From Promethearchaeota archaeon (GTDB taxonomy: Archaea; Asgardarchaeota; Lokiarchaeia; Sigyniarchaeales; SOKP01), in assembly GCA_048938895.1 (NCBI GenBank), contig JBHLLU010000003.1, positions 1 through 64,000 on the forward strand: a stretch of DNA of 64,000 bases, written 5' to 3'. This document shows, piece by piece, positions 9,144 through 19,356 of the stretch (its first letter is position 1; each line of letters starts with the position of its first letter). The translations under genes were made by a program, and so were the position numbers. The notes under the pieces were generated by a model. It had not been told where the DNA came from, made no database searches, and saw only the letters and a program-made list of their open reading frames with translations.

Positions 9144-9902
9144 ATGTCAGAAGAATTAAACGAAAAAGTCGATTTTGTAAAGCAGCATTTTAAAGATTTT
9201 TCTAATTTTATCGAATTACCTGATTTTAGATCTTTTTTGTTGTTTACTCTCACTAGTCAGGTACCTACCAATATCTTAGCTCAAATGGGCTTAGGTGGTA
9301 GTAAAGAAATAATTAACTTACCTTATAATCCCATTTTCAAGATTTATTATCAAAAAATAAATCTAATATCAGCAGGGTCATTAATAATATATGTAAAGAG
9401 TGATCCAATTTCCGAGAAATTTCTCTTAGAAAATGATGACAAATTAATAAAAGAATTCTTAAATTCTAATGAAATGAGTCTAGCTTTTCGTGGAAAAGAA
9501 AAATTTCTCTTACCTCAGATAAGTGATTGTAGCACTTTTAATGGAGAAGATAATTCAAAGATAACCATAAAAATTGATGATCTTTTTCATTCCTTAGAAA
9601 GTTTTATAGCAGTAGCGGAACCTAATTTACTCTTTGTCCTTGGAACTAAGAGCAATCAAGAACCAGATATTTTATTTACATTTAATATGATACCGGAGAT
9701 ACCAACCAAAATTGATCAAAAAGTTTTAAAAATCGATATATTTATAGATAAAGAACATAAAACTAAAGGAGTTACTTATATTAAGCGAGAGGAAAATTAT
9801 GTCATCAAATATCTAACAGATATTAAAGATGTTAGCCATTCTGATATATATAAATCAGTATATTCATTACTTTTGCATGTTAAATCCTTTAATAAGCCAT
9901 AA
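9144..9902 (+). CDS. Hypothetical protein
   Basis: 252-aa ORF with no recognised motif. Confidence 0.6.
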   Translation: MSEELNEKVDFVKQHFKDFSNFIELPDFRSFLLFTLTSQVPTNILAQMGLGGSKEIINLPYNPIFKIYYQKINLISAGSLIIYVKSDPISEKFLLENDDKLIKEFLNSNEMSLAFRGKEKFLLPQISDCSTFNGEDNSKITIKIDDLFHSLESFIAVAEPNLLFVLGTKSNQEPDILFTFNMIPEIPTKIDQKVLKIDIFIDKEHKTKGVTYIKREENYVIKYLTDIKDVSHSDIYKSVYSLLLHVKSFNKP

Positions 9903-10100
9903 TTTAATAGCATATTCTCAATAGTTTTCTTTTTAAGTATTCTTTACAATAATGAGAAATTTGTAACTTTAATATTCGTTAGTGCTTAAGCTGTTAATAT
10001 CATTAAAGCATTAATATAATGAATTTATAAACCATCCGACGAAATATATTAAGTATAAAATTCTTTGAATATAGTTTTTTAGAATTTTTAACCAAAAGGG

Positions 10101-10304
10101 TTGATTCTTGTGAAGATAATAACAATTAATTTACCAGAAAAGTACTTACAAGCAATTCAAATTTTAAATGATATGGGAATTTACCCTTCCCGAAGCGAAG
10201 CTATAAGGATCGCTCTTCATGATTTTCTTACAAAAGAGCTAAAAATGTATAACGACCTTGACGACGAAAGTTTTAAAATACTTATCCGAAGTAGAAAAAA
10301 ATAA
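10101..10304 (+). CDS. Ribbon-helix-helix (CopG/MetJ-like) regulator
   Basis: KIITINLPEKYL...GIYPSRSEAIRIAL. Confidence 0.88.
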   Translation: MILVKIITINLPEKYLQAIQILNDMGIYPSRSEAIRIALHDFLTKELKMYNDLDDESFKILIRSRKK

Positions 10305-10362
10305 ATCTTCTCATATTTTTTCTATTTTCTTTATTTTTTAGATTCATAAAGGAGTAAATTGC

Positions 10363-11649
10363 ATGAGAAGTCTAAAGTCTATACAGATATTAACAATCCT
10401 AACACTATTTAGCAGTGCTTTATTTAGTATTATAACTCCAATGTCCGAAGAAATTTCAGCAGCTTTAGATTTTAATGAGAACCAAGTAGCTTTTATAAAT
10501 TCAATGTTTTTAATCGTAGGGGCTCTAAGTTCCCTCATATGGGCTGTTTTAGGAGATAGATTTCCTAGGAGAATCTTACTGATTATATCCACAATCGAAT
10601 GGTCTCTTTTTACATTATTTACAATTTTTTCAGGTGATTTTCTTTCCTTATTAGTATTCCAATTGATTACGGCAATAGGGTTTGGAGCAATTTTACCTCT
10701 CATTTTTTCATTAATTATTGACCTCGCAGAGTCTCAAACTCGAGGTAAACAATTTGGTAGTTTGAGTGCTGTTTACGTATTGGGCAATGGGTTAGGTCAA
10801 ATTCTTTCAGGGTTCTTAATCGATTATTATTCATGGCAAATTCCAATTTTAATTATTTCTATAAGTGGGTTTGTTTGTACGGGATTACTATTTATTGTAG
10901 AGGAACCCCAAAGAGGAGCTAAAGATGAGATTTTTAAAATGAGTGCTGAAAAGGTTACTGGATTAGAATATAGGATTAAAATGATCGATTTTAAGCTCAT
11001 TTGGAAAATTAAATCAACAATTTGGATACTATTTTTAAATTTTGCAATGTTCATATCAATTGGTGCGATTTCGTCTTTCTTCATATCAATGTTAAAAAAT
11101 GATTACGATTTTAGTTCAACTCTAGCAACAGGCTTCTTAATTTTAGTCTTTGGTAGCCAAGTTCCATCAGGACCGGTAATAGGAAGAATAGGAGACAAGA
11201 AGTTTGAAAATGATAAAAATGGAAGAATTAAGGTTGTTTTTCTATGCCTTTTGGTAGGATCTATATGCTATATTATTGCCTTTTCACTTTTTTTCATCTC
11301 TACTAGTTTTATCCTCGTAATTATCTTCCTATTAATTTCTCTAATTGGCGCTTTTCTTTTTGGTGGTATTGATCCTTTAACCCAAGCTACATTGGGAGAA
11401 ATTAATCCCCCTCAAGTCAGATCAACCATCTATAGTATAAATTATTTAACCTATACTCTTGGTAGAAGCATAAGTCTATTAATTCTAAGTCAATTCTTTT
11501 TATTATTCAATAATTTTTATAGTCCTGGTTACTTTATTTTAGCAATTATGGCGCTTATCTGTACTTTATTTTTAATTCCAATTTTGAAAAATTTGCCAAA
11601 AGATATTGATATTATTAACTCTGGGAAATTAGTTTATAAAAAAAATTAA
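10363..11649 (+). CDS. MFS transporter, Spinster-like
   Basis: About 12 TM segments, motif A (LGDRFPRR), EPQRGAKDE central-loop motif. Confidence 0.88.
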   Translation: MRSLKSIQILTILTLFSSALFSIITPMSEEISAALDFNENQVAFINSMFLIVGALSSLIWAVLGDRFPRRILLIISTIEWSLFTLFTIFSGDFLSLLVFQLITAIGFGAILPLIFSLIIDLAESQTRGKQFGSLSAVYVLGNGLGQILSGFLIDYYSWQIPILIISISGFVCTGLLFIVEEPQRGAKDEIFKMSAEKVTGLEYRIKMIDFKLIWKIKSTIWILFLNFAMFISIGAISSFFISMLKNDYDFSSTLATGFLILVFGSQVPSGPVIGRIGDKKFENDKNGRIKVVFLCLLVGSICYIIAFSLFFISTSFILVIIFLLISLIGAFLFGGIDPLTQATLGEINPPQVRSTIYSINYLTYTLGRSISLLILSQFFLLFNNFYSPGYFILAIMALICTLFLIPILKNLPKDIDIINSGKLVYKKN

Positions 11650-11670
11650 CTCTATTCAAGGGAATAATAT

Positions 11671-12372
11671 ATGGAAATTAAGACGGATATTTGTAATGGA
11701 TGTGGGCAATGTATTATTGTTTGTCCTGTCCAAGCAATTAAAATAGTTGAAAAAAAAGCTGTTATAGATGAAGAACTATGTGTAGAATGTTCAGTTTGTT
11801 ATAGGAATGCGAATTGCCCCGTCAATGCAATTAAAATGAAAAGATTACAATGGCCGAGAGAAGTTCGAATCCCCTTTAGTAATGTAATTACTACACATAA
11901 AGTCACAGGTGTTCCTGGGCGTGGAACTGAAGAAATGAAAACCAATGATGTTACCAATAGATATAGATTTGATGAATTCGGAGTTTCCATTGAGCTGGGA
12001 CGTCCAGGGATAGGGACCAGACTTCAAAATATTGAATTATTCACAACTAAATTTACTGAAATTGGTGTAACCTATGAAGAGAAAAGCCCAGTCACAGCAT
12101 TATTTATCGATGATAGAGGACATATAAAAGAAGAAGTAAAAGAAGAAAGAGTTCTATCAGCAATAATAGAATTTAAAATTACCCCCGAGAAATTGCCTTT
12201 CATTCTTGAAATAATAAGAAAAGTGGAAAAAGAAATTGATACTGTGTTTTCTGTAGGGATTGTTTCAAGAATTAAAGATAACAATACAGATGAGGTTATA
12301 AATCAACTTACTCAATTAGGTTTTGAAGTAAGACCAAATGCAAAAATAAATATCGGCTTAGGAAGACCATAA
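11671..12372 (+). CDS. 2x[4Fe-4S] ferredoxin-domain protein with conserved-looking C-terminal domain
   Basis: CNGCGQCIIVCP and CVECSVC...CP, then TGVPGRGTEEMKTNDVT and ELGRPG. Confidence 0.8.
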   Translation: MEIKTDICNGCGQCIIVCPVQAIKIVEKKAVIDEELCVECSVCYRNANCPVNAIKMKRLQWPREVRIPFSNVITTHKVTGVPGRGTEEMKTNDVTNRYRFDEFGVSIELGRPGIGTRLQNIELFTTKFTEIGVTYEEKSPVTALFIDDRGHIKEEVKEERVLSAIIEFKITPEKLPFILEIIRKVEKEIDTVFSVGIVSRIKDNNTDEVINQLTQLGFEVRPNAKINIGLGRP

Positions 12373-12392
12373 TTTTAGGAGGCGTAACAAAT

Positions 12393-12980
12393 TTGACTCA
12401 TACTTTACATAGAAAAGGGAATCAGAATGATTTAAAACAAGATTTTGTCTTATTAGCCATGGTAGCAAGAGATATAAATGATAATTATGATGATTCACGG
12501 CAAAAGTTAATACAAATCGCAGAAGTTATGAATAACCACAATCCGATAAATATTATGTCCGAGTTTGGCTGGAAGACATCTTCCACTATAACTGCTGCTT
12601 TTGATAATCTTGAATCCGTTAAAGCAGTCATAAACCAACTTAAAAAAGATGACTTAGGAATTTCAATAGTAATTAGTGGTTTAATCTCTGAAATCAAAGA
12701 CATGCTCGAAGAACTCGAATTAAATATCCATACTGTCCATTTTTCTTTAGGCACTTTCGGTAAGAACGAGGAACTTCCAGGGAACAAAATATTAGAAATT
12801 ACAACGATGTGTGGTCATCATACGGTCTCCCCCCAATCAATTTCTCATTATGTTGAATTAATAAAAAAACAGAAAATAACTATCGAAAAAGCGGCTCGAA
12901 AATTAACAGGACCATGCGTATGTGGAATTGTTAATTCTTCTCGAGTTATTAAGATACTTAAGTCTTTAGTTAATGAATAG
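12393..12980 (+). CDS. Uncharacterised Cys/His-motif protein, partner of the upstream ferredoxin-domain gene
   Basis: TTG start after AGGAGG; MTHTLHR N-terminus, TMCGHH and CVCG motifs; 20 bp from the upstream gene. Confidence 0.7.
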   Translation: MTHTLHRKGNQNDLKQDFVLLAMVARDINDNYDDSRQKLIQIAEVMNNHNPINIMSEFGWKTSSTITAAFDNLESVKAVINQLKKDDLGISIVISGLISEIKDMLEELELNIHTVHFSLGTFGKNEELPGNKILEITTMCGHHTVSPQSISHYVELIKKQKITIEKAARKLTGPCVCGIVNSSRVIKILKSLVNE

Positions 12981-13113
12981 ATTTTCGTCAGAGCTTAAGA
13001 TATAAATACTCAACTATTATATTTTCATTTAAATCTAAGTAAATACTTTTAAAATAATTTGAAGTATTATAATCAAAATTATTCTGTATATTTTAGCGAT
13101 AGAAGGTGGATAA

Positions 13114-13758
13114 TTGAAATTGAAGATTGGAATAATTGGAACTGGAAATATGGGGCAAGCATTGGGAAAGCTATGGGCTACTAAAAACCATTTAATAATG
13201 TTCGGCTCTCGTGATCCTGTGAATGTACTAAAATTAGCTAGCTCATTTGGATCTAATGTATCCGGAGGAACCTATGCAGATGCTGCTCAATTTGGAGAAG
13301 TTGTGATCCTCGCAATTCCATGGTCATCAGCAAAGCAATCTATCGAAGCTGCAGGTGAACTAAAAGGAAAAATTCTTGTAGATTGTACCAATGCTGTAGC
13401 ACCACATTTAGGAGGGTTATTGGTGGGACATACAACATCTGCAGCAGAAGAAATTGCCATATGGGCTGAAGGGGCAAAAGTTGTTAAAGCTTTCCATACT
13501 ATAGGTTCTGAAAATCTGAGTAAACTAGAGTTTGGAACACAGAGAGCATCTACATTCATCTGCGGAGATGATTTAGAAGCAAAATCAGTAGTAAAACAAT
13601 TAGGAATTGATCTTGGTTTTGATGTTGTAGATGCGGGACCCCTTAAAAACGCTAGGTTAACAGAACCTCTTGCGATGCTATGGATCGAGTTAGCATATAA
13701 TCAAGGAATGGGAACGGATATAGCATTTAAATTATTAACACGTCGTAAATCAAAATGA
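13114..13758 (+). CDS. NADPH-dependent F420 reductase / F420H2:NADP+ oxidoreductase family
   Basis: GIIGTGNMG, GSRDP, ILVDCTN, VVKAF, CGDD, VDAGPLKNAR. Confidence 0.88.
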   Translation: MKLKIGIIGTGNMGQALGKLWATKNHLIMFGSRDPVNVLKLASSFGSNVSGGTYADAAQFGEVVILAIPWSSAKQSIEAAGELKGKILVDCTNAVAPHLGGLLVGHTTSAAEEIAIWAEGAKVVKAFHTIGSENLSKLEFGTQRASTFICGDDLEAKSVVKQLGIDLGFDVVDAGPLKNARLTEPLAMLWIELAYNQGMGTDIAFKLLTRRKSK

Positions 13759-13862
13759 ATTCTATTTCTCATCTATTTTAATCATATTTTTTTAATTATA
13801 TTTCTTTTAAAACCAAAATGTCCTTAAGAATAATTTAATAGGAATGGTTTAAGTATAAAATT

Positions 13863-14804
13863 ATGAGAATTTCAAAATATAATCGAGGATTTCCATTAGT
13901 TAATACATATTCTATTGTTGCTAGAGACCCAGAAACAGGAGATATGGGTGTTGGTGTGCAAAGTCATTATTTTTCTGTAGGTGCAATAGTTGATTGGGGA
14001 AGATCTGGTGTTGGTGTAGTAGCAACACAATCATTTGTTAATAAATCTTTTGGATTGAGAGGACTAGACTTGATGGAACAGGGTAGATCCCCTCAAGAAG
14101 CATTAGATATATTACTTTCTGATGATGAGGGAAAAGATGTAAGACAAGTGGCACTATTAGACTATAAGGGTAGAGTGGCTGTACATACAGGATCAAAGTG
14201 TATAAAAGATGCTGGGCATATAAAAGGAGAAAATTTTTCAGTTCAGGCAAATATGATGCTAACCGATAAAGTATGGTCTGCCATGGCGAAAGCTTTTGAA
14301 AGAAATAAAAACCTTCCTCTACCCGAAAGAATAGTAAAAACCTTAGAGGCTGCTGAAACAGAAGGTGGAGACATTAGAGGCAAACAATCTGCTGCTCTAT
14401 TAATCGTAAAAGGTAAACGGGTTGAGAATGAATGGAATGATCCTTTTATGGATATAAGAGTTGAAGATCATACTGAACCCTTACATGAACTCTCTAGGCT
14501 TTTAAAACTTTGGAGGGCTTATGAAAATATGGATAAGGGGGATATTGCAATGGAAAAAGGCGATATGAAAGAAGCTCTAAGAGTTTACAACTTAGCAAGT
14601 GAAATGGTTCCTGACAATCTTGAAATGAAATATTGGACTGCAGTATCTTTAGCTAACAATAACAAGCTTGAAACAGCCTTACCATTATTTAAAGAAATAT
14701 TTAAAAAAGATAAAAATTGGGTTACTCTTACCGAAAGACTTCCTGAAGTGGAAGTACTTAATATTTCAGTTGATGACTTAAATAAAATATTAAAGTTGAT
14801 ATGA
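13863..14804 (+). CDS. DUF1028 (Ntn-hydrolase-like) protein with C-terminal TPR
   Basis: TYSIVARDPETG, GVVATQS, GGDIRGKQSAA, RVEDH; helical TPR tail. Confidence 0.88.
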   Translation: MRISKYNRGFPLVNTYSIVARDPETGDMGVGVQSHYFSVGAIVDWGRSGVGVVATQSFVNKSFGLRGLDLMEQGRSPQEALDILLSDDEGKDVRQVALLDYKGRVAVHTGSKCIKDAGHIKGENFSVQANMMLTDKVWSAMAKAFERNKNLPLPERIVKTLEAAETEGGDIRGKQSAALLIVKGKRVENEWNDPFMDIRVEDHTEPLHELSRLLKLWRAYENMDKGDIAMEKGDMKEALRVYNLASEMVPDNLEMKYWTAVSLANNNKLETALPLFKEIFKKDKNWVTLTERLPEVEVLNISVDDLNKILKLI

Positions 14805-15859
14805 TAAATATGAAAGTTGTACGATACTATAATAATAAAGACATTAGAGAAGATAAAATCCCTAAACCTATAATTGGTGAAGGAGAAATATTAGTAAAAG
14901 TAAAAGAATCTGGCATTTGTGGTTCGGATGTATTAGAATATTATAGATTTGCTAAAATGAAGAAACTGGGTGTTGATTCTCTAATTTTAGGTCATGAAAT
15001 CGCAGGAGATATTGTTGAAAAAAGTGAATCAGTTAATAATTTGAAAATTGGAGATCGAGTATTTGTTTCTCATCACGTTCCATGTTTTGATTGTCATTAT
15101 TGTATGCAAGGGCATCACACAGCCTGTGACCTCCTTCATAATACAAATTTTGATCCTGGGGGTTTTGCTGAATTTGTCAGAATTCCTAAAATCAATATTG
15201 AAAAAAAAGGAGTATATGTTTTAGACAAGAGCGTATCTTACGAAGAAGCAGTTTTTATTGAACCACTTGGCTGTGTTTGTCGAGCACAAAGATTAGCAAA
15301 TGTGAAGAAAGACCTAACTGTTTTAATCTTAGGTTGCGGTACATCAGGATTATTGCATATACAGTTAGCGAAGCTCAGGGGTGCAAAAAAAGTTTTTGCT
15401 ACAGATATCAATGAGTTTAGATTAAAGAAAGCAAAAGAATTTGGTGCTAATGAGGTCTTTCATGCTAAAGAAGATCTCCCAAACGTAATAAAAGATTTAA
15501 ACCAGTTTAGATTAGCAGATATTGTAATTGTGTGTACCGGCGCTATATCAGCAGCGCGACAAGCCTTAGAATGTGCTGGTCCTGGAAGTAAGATCATTTT
15601 TTTTGCTGTTCCCGAACCAGGTGTTAACTTAGAAGTTCCTATCAATAACTATTGGAGGAATGAGATCACAATTATGACATCCTATGGTGCAGCACCTCAA
15701 GATCTTGATGAGGCATATAATTGGATTCTCTCTAAAAGAATCAATGTTATAGACTTAATCACTCATAGATTCCCGTTATCTAGAGCTCAGGAAGCATTTA
15801 AAGTTGTATATGAGGCAAAAGAATCAATGAAAGTAATTTTAAAATTAGATGAAGATTAG
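14801..15859 (+). CDS. Zinc-dependent medium-chain alcohol/polyol dehydrogenase
   Basis: GICGSD, GHE, CFDCHYC...C structural Zn site, GCGTSG. Confidence 0.92.
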   Translation: MINMKVVRYYNNKDIREDKIPKPIIGEGEILVKVKESGICGSDVLEYYRFAKMKKLGVDSLILGHEIAGDIVEKSESVNNLKIGDRVFVSHHVPCFDCHYCMQGHHTACDLLHNTNFDPGGFAEFVRIPKINIEKKGVYVLDKSVSYEEAVFIEPLGCVCRAQRLANVKKDLTVLILGCGTSGLLHIQLAKLRGAKKVFATDINEFRLKKAKEFGANEVFHAKEDLPNVIKDLNQFRLADIVIVCTGAISAARQALECAGPGSKIIFFAVPEPGVNLEVPINNYWRNEITIMTSYGAAPQDLDEAYNWILSKRINVIDLITHRFPLSRAQEAFKVVYEAKESMKVILKLDED

Positions 15860-15870
15860 AATTCCTCTTT

Positions 15871-18369
15871 TTATCCTATGAATCTAGTTTGTACCTGTTC
15901 ATAAAGATTCGTCTTGTAAATTGTCTTTAAACTGATAATCGAACCTAAGATTATCAGAATTATTGGCGGTACGATTATATATATAATAGCATTTTGTCCA
16001 ATAACCACTTTAAATGGCCCATCTCCTTGAAAAATTGCAGCGAGAGGAAGGCTTAATGGATAAGTAAATATTAATGCCAATATTATAGCAATTAAACCTT
16101 GTATCATATTTTCTCCTAGAATCAGGCTAAAATTTCTTCTTCTATCAAAACCTAATGATCTTAATATTCCGTATTCATAGTTTTTATCATAAATATTCAT
16201 AACAGAATTATAAAATATAATGAAAAAAGATACAATCAAACCGTATGCTACAACTATAGACATTAGAGGTACAAAATCCTCATAAAATTCCGCTAATTTC
16301 TCTGCCATTATTTGACAATCAAGAATAATTTCGATATTATCTAACTCATAAATTTCATTTATTATATTTTCCTTATCAGCCCCGTTATCAAGAAGGATAT
16401 ATATACCGTCAACCATCTCCGCACTATTATGAAGAACAATTCGTCCAGCATTTAAAGTAACATAACCCGAACTTATCATTTCATTATGGATCCCAACAAT
16501 TTTCATGGTAAAATTAAGATCTGTAGATGTTAAAATGGTTAAATTATCTCCTATATGTTTATTTAATCTTACAGCATGTTGATGTGAAATAACTATATCA
16601 CTTTCACCTAGAGGAATCGAATTTTGATCTCCGTACCAGGTGAAATGATGCATTTTTGTATTCTCAGCATTAAATCCATTTAATAAAAACATTTGATCTT
16701 CGTCTCCTTTAGCAGTAACCAAACCTTTTACATAAATTTGAGATTCAATTATACCATCAATGTCTGTTATTTGACTAACTGTATTATTAACAAAACTCAT
16801 ATCTACATTTTGTTGAAAATCTACATTTAAATCCCAAATCTCATTTGCTCGTGTATCGTTATTGTTTGACTTAAACACTCTCCCGACGTTATAATCCATA
16901 CTATCAACTATTGTTTGAGTTGCCGAAATGATTAATAAAGAAAAAGTCATAGCAATTGTGGTAAATAATAATCGCTTCTTGTTTCGAAGGATATTTCTAT
17001 GGATAAGATTATGAAAAACTCTTTTCTTTGCTCTTGATGATTTTTTAAGCCTTAATATGAAAAGTTTAGTTTTGGATTGACCATAAACTAAATCTGCTGT
17101 ATTTACTTTTTTAACACTAATCACAGGAATAAACAAACTTATGAAAGTAATAAAAAATCCTAATCCTAATCCGATATATATGATTTCAGGTAAAAACATA
17201 AAATTTAGGGAATTCATTGGAAGATTAGCTAAATTTGAGATGATAACTCCTAGAATTGCCCAACCTACTGTATAACCAATAATAAAGGAAAGAGGAATTG
17301 TGATAAGAGATATTAACAAGAAAATATGAAGAAAATATTTAGTTATATCCGATTTCATATAACCAAAGGTCATTAATGTGCCTATTTGCTGCTTTTGGTT
17401 ATAGACATATCTATTAAAAATAACATAAGAGATAAATAGCCCCATAAGGAGCATAAAAATTAATATAATAGAGGTGAACTTTTTAGCATCATCAATACTT
17501 CCATGAAACCTTTCGTATATCCTCATATCTTCAAACTTTTCTGCGGTTTCAATATTTAAACCTAAATGACCTTCTAAGTAGGCCTTTATAGCATAATTAC
17601 AATCGACGACTTCAATCTGATCATTGAAAGTAAGAGCAATATTGTTATAATCTATACTCTTATAGTAAGAAATAAATGGTGTTAAATCTTCGGGAGACGT
17701 CTTGTTTAGATATTCAAAATGTTTGATTATATAGTTTTTTAGGGTGTCTTTTGAGAGGTATCCCACTGTTATTGATCCTTGAATAGGAATTGAATATTCT
17801 GGATTTGATGTTAACACTAAAAACTCAGGAGTATTACAAATACCTGAAATATTCAATTTAGCTTCATTTAAACCACTAAGATTTAACAAATCTCCTATTT
17901 CTAAAGAATTCCTTTTTGAAAAATCACTATCTATGACAATACTCAAATTATTATCATTATCATTAAAGTTTTTTCCTGATTCCAATGTATAATTAAACAC
18001 TTTTGGCATTTCTATTGAAGTGTCTAATCCTACAAGAAGTATATACTTCATTTCATTTTGTCCTTCTAACTTTAATGAAGATCTCCAAAATAATCTGCCA
18101 GTATAAGATTCTACTTCAACTATATTCTTTAAACCATCTAGATCTGTTTGATTTATCCATGTACTATCTTCTAATTGATACACATAATCAGCATGATTGA
18201 CATTATCAAAGTATGAATTCATCCATGGATCTGCTGCCAAGAGTACATAAATGAAACCTAAGCTCCCACCAATAGATAAAACTAAAATAAAAATTATTAA
18301 ATAACTACGCCAACCAAAATTTTTGAAATCTTTTATTGCCTTTTTATGAAAAATTCTCATTCTTGCCAA
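15871..18369 (-). CDS. FtsX/MacB-like ABC transporter permease (duplicated architecture)
   Basis: Two repeats of TM + large extracellular domain + QKQQIGTLMTFG / EYGILRSLG motifs. Confidence 0.88.
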   Translation of the reverse strand: MARMRIFHKKAIKDFKNFGWRSYLIIFILVLSIGGSLGFIYVLLAADPWMNSYFDNVNHADYVYQLEDSTWINQTDLDGLKNIVEVESYTGRLFWRSSLKLEGQNEMKYILLVGLDTSIEMPKVFNYTLESGKNFNDNDNNLSIVIDSDFSKRNSLEIGDLLNLSGLNEAKLNISGICNTPEFLVLTSNPEYSIPIQGSITVGYLSKDTLKNYIIKHFEYLNKTSPEDLTPFISYYKSIDYNNIALTFNDQIEVVDCNYAIKAYLEGHLGLNIETAEKFEDMRIYERFHGSIDDAKKFTSIILIFMLLMGLFISYVIFNRYVYNQKQQIGTLMTFGYMKSDITKYFLHIFLLISLITIPLSFIIGYTVGWAILGVIISNLANLPMNSLNFMFLPEIIYIGLGLGFFITFISLFIPVISVKKVNTADLVYGQSKTKLFILRLKKSSRAKKRVFHNLIHRNILRNKKRLLFTTIAMTFSLLIISATQTIVDSMDYNVGRVFKSNNNDTRANEIWDLNVDFQQNVDMSFVNNTVSQITDIDGIIESQIYVKGLVTAKGDEDQMFLLNGFNAENTKMHHFTWYGDQNSIPLGESDIVISHQHAVRLNKHIGDNLTILTSTDLNFTMKIVGIHNEMISSGYVTLNAGRIVLHNSAEMVDGIYILLDNGADKENIINEIYELDNIEIILDCQIMAEKLAEFYEDFVPLMSIVVAYGLIVSFFIIFYNSVMNIYDKNYEYGILRSLGFDRRRNFSLILGENMIQGLIAIILALIFTYPLSLPLAAIFQGDGPFKVVIGQNAIIYIIVPPIILIILGSIISLKTIYKTNLYEQVQTRFIG

Positions 18370-18373
18370 CGAT

Positions 18374-19147
18374 TTAGCTGTTTTGATCTACCATGCCATT
18401 CTTGATTCTAATGGTTTTAGTGGCAAATATTTCTGCAATATTTGGATTATGAGAAACAAGAACGCAAGTAATATCTTCTTCTTTATTTAGTTCTATTATC
18501 AATTCAATTATTTTTTCCCCTGTATCAGTATCTAAATTACCAGTGGGTTCATCGCATAGCAGTATAAATTCTTTACCTATTAATGGAATTTTAGCTAAAG
18601 CTCTTGCGATTGCAACCCTTTGTTGCTCTCCGCCGCTAAGTTGATAAGGATAATGATGCAATCTTTCACCTAACCCAACCATTTCTAAATATTTGGTTGC
18701 TATCTCATAAAGATGTAGTTTTTTTTTCCTATTTAATAATTCAATTGAGATAGCCACATTTTCAATAGCAGTTAGAGCAGGAAATAGGTTATAAAATTGA
18801 AAAACAAAGCCTATTCTATGCTTACGATGATTACATAATTGTTTCATGGTATATTTCTTAATATTTGATCCAAAAATCTTTAGAAAACCTCCATCATTAT
18901 CTGGAAAAGTTATACCTCCTAATAAATTCAAAAGAGTTGTTTTTCCTGCTCCAGAAGGTCCAAGGATAACTAACCGTTCTTTTGGTTCTAATTGCAAATT
19001 TATATTTTGAAGTGCTTTTACTTGTACCTCTCCTGAGATGTAAGTTTTGGAAAGATTTTTTATATCGATAGCATAATCAGATTTACTAAGTAAAGGGAGA
19101 TCCTCATTTATTTCAATATTAAAAGTGTAATTTGAATTATTTACCAT
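18374..19147 (-). CDS. ABC transporter ATP-binding protein (LolD/MacB type)
   Basis: GPSGAGKT, GFVFQFYNL, LSGGEQQRVAIARAL, DEPTGNLD. Confidence 0.95.
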   Translation of the reverse strand: MVNNSNYTFNIEINEDLPLLSKSDYAIDIKNLSKTYISGEVQVKALQNINLQLEPKERLVILGPSGAGKTTLLNLLGGITFPDNDGGFLKIFGSNIKKYTMKQLCNHRKHRIGFVFQFYNLFPALTAIENVAISIELLNRKKKLHLYEIATKYLEMVGLGERLHHYPYQLSGGEQQRVAIARALAKIPLIGKEFILLCDEPTGNLDTDTGEKIIELIIELNKEEDITCVLVSHNPNIAEIFATKTIRIKNGMVDQNS

Positions 19148-19356
19148 CTCTAAACCCCGTGATTATTATTAATTATTTAATAAACCTAATATAATTAATA
19201 GTTCGTTTTAGCAAAACTTTAAAAATAGAGTTTTGTGCTCAAAAATTCTAATTATATAAATTCCATATAATTTCATTAAATCAAAAAAATAGATGGCAGT
19301 GTGTCCCGCAGTTATATTAATTTCCTCATTATTAAAAACAAATCTTAAGAAAACTG

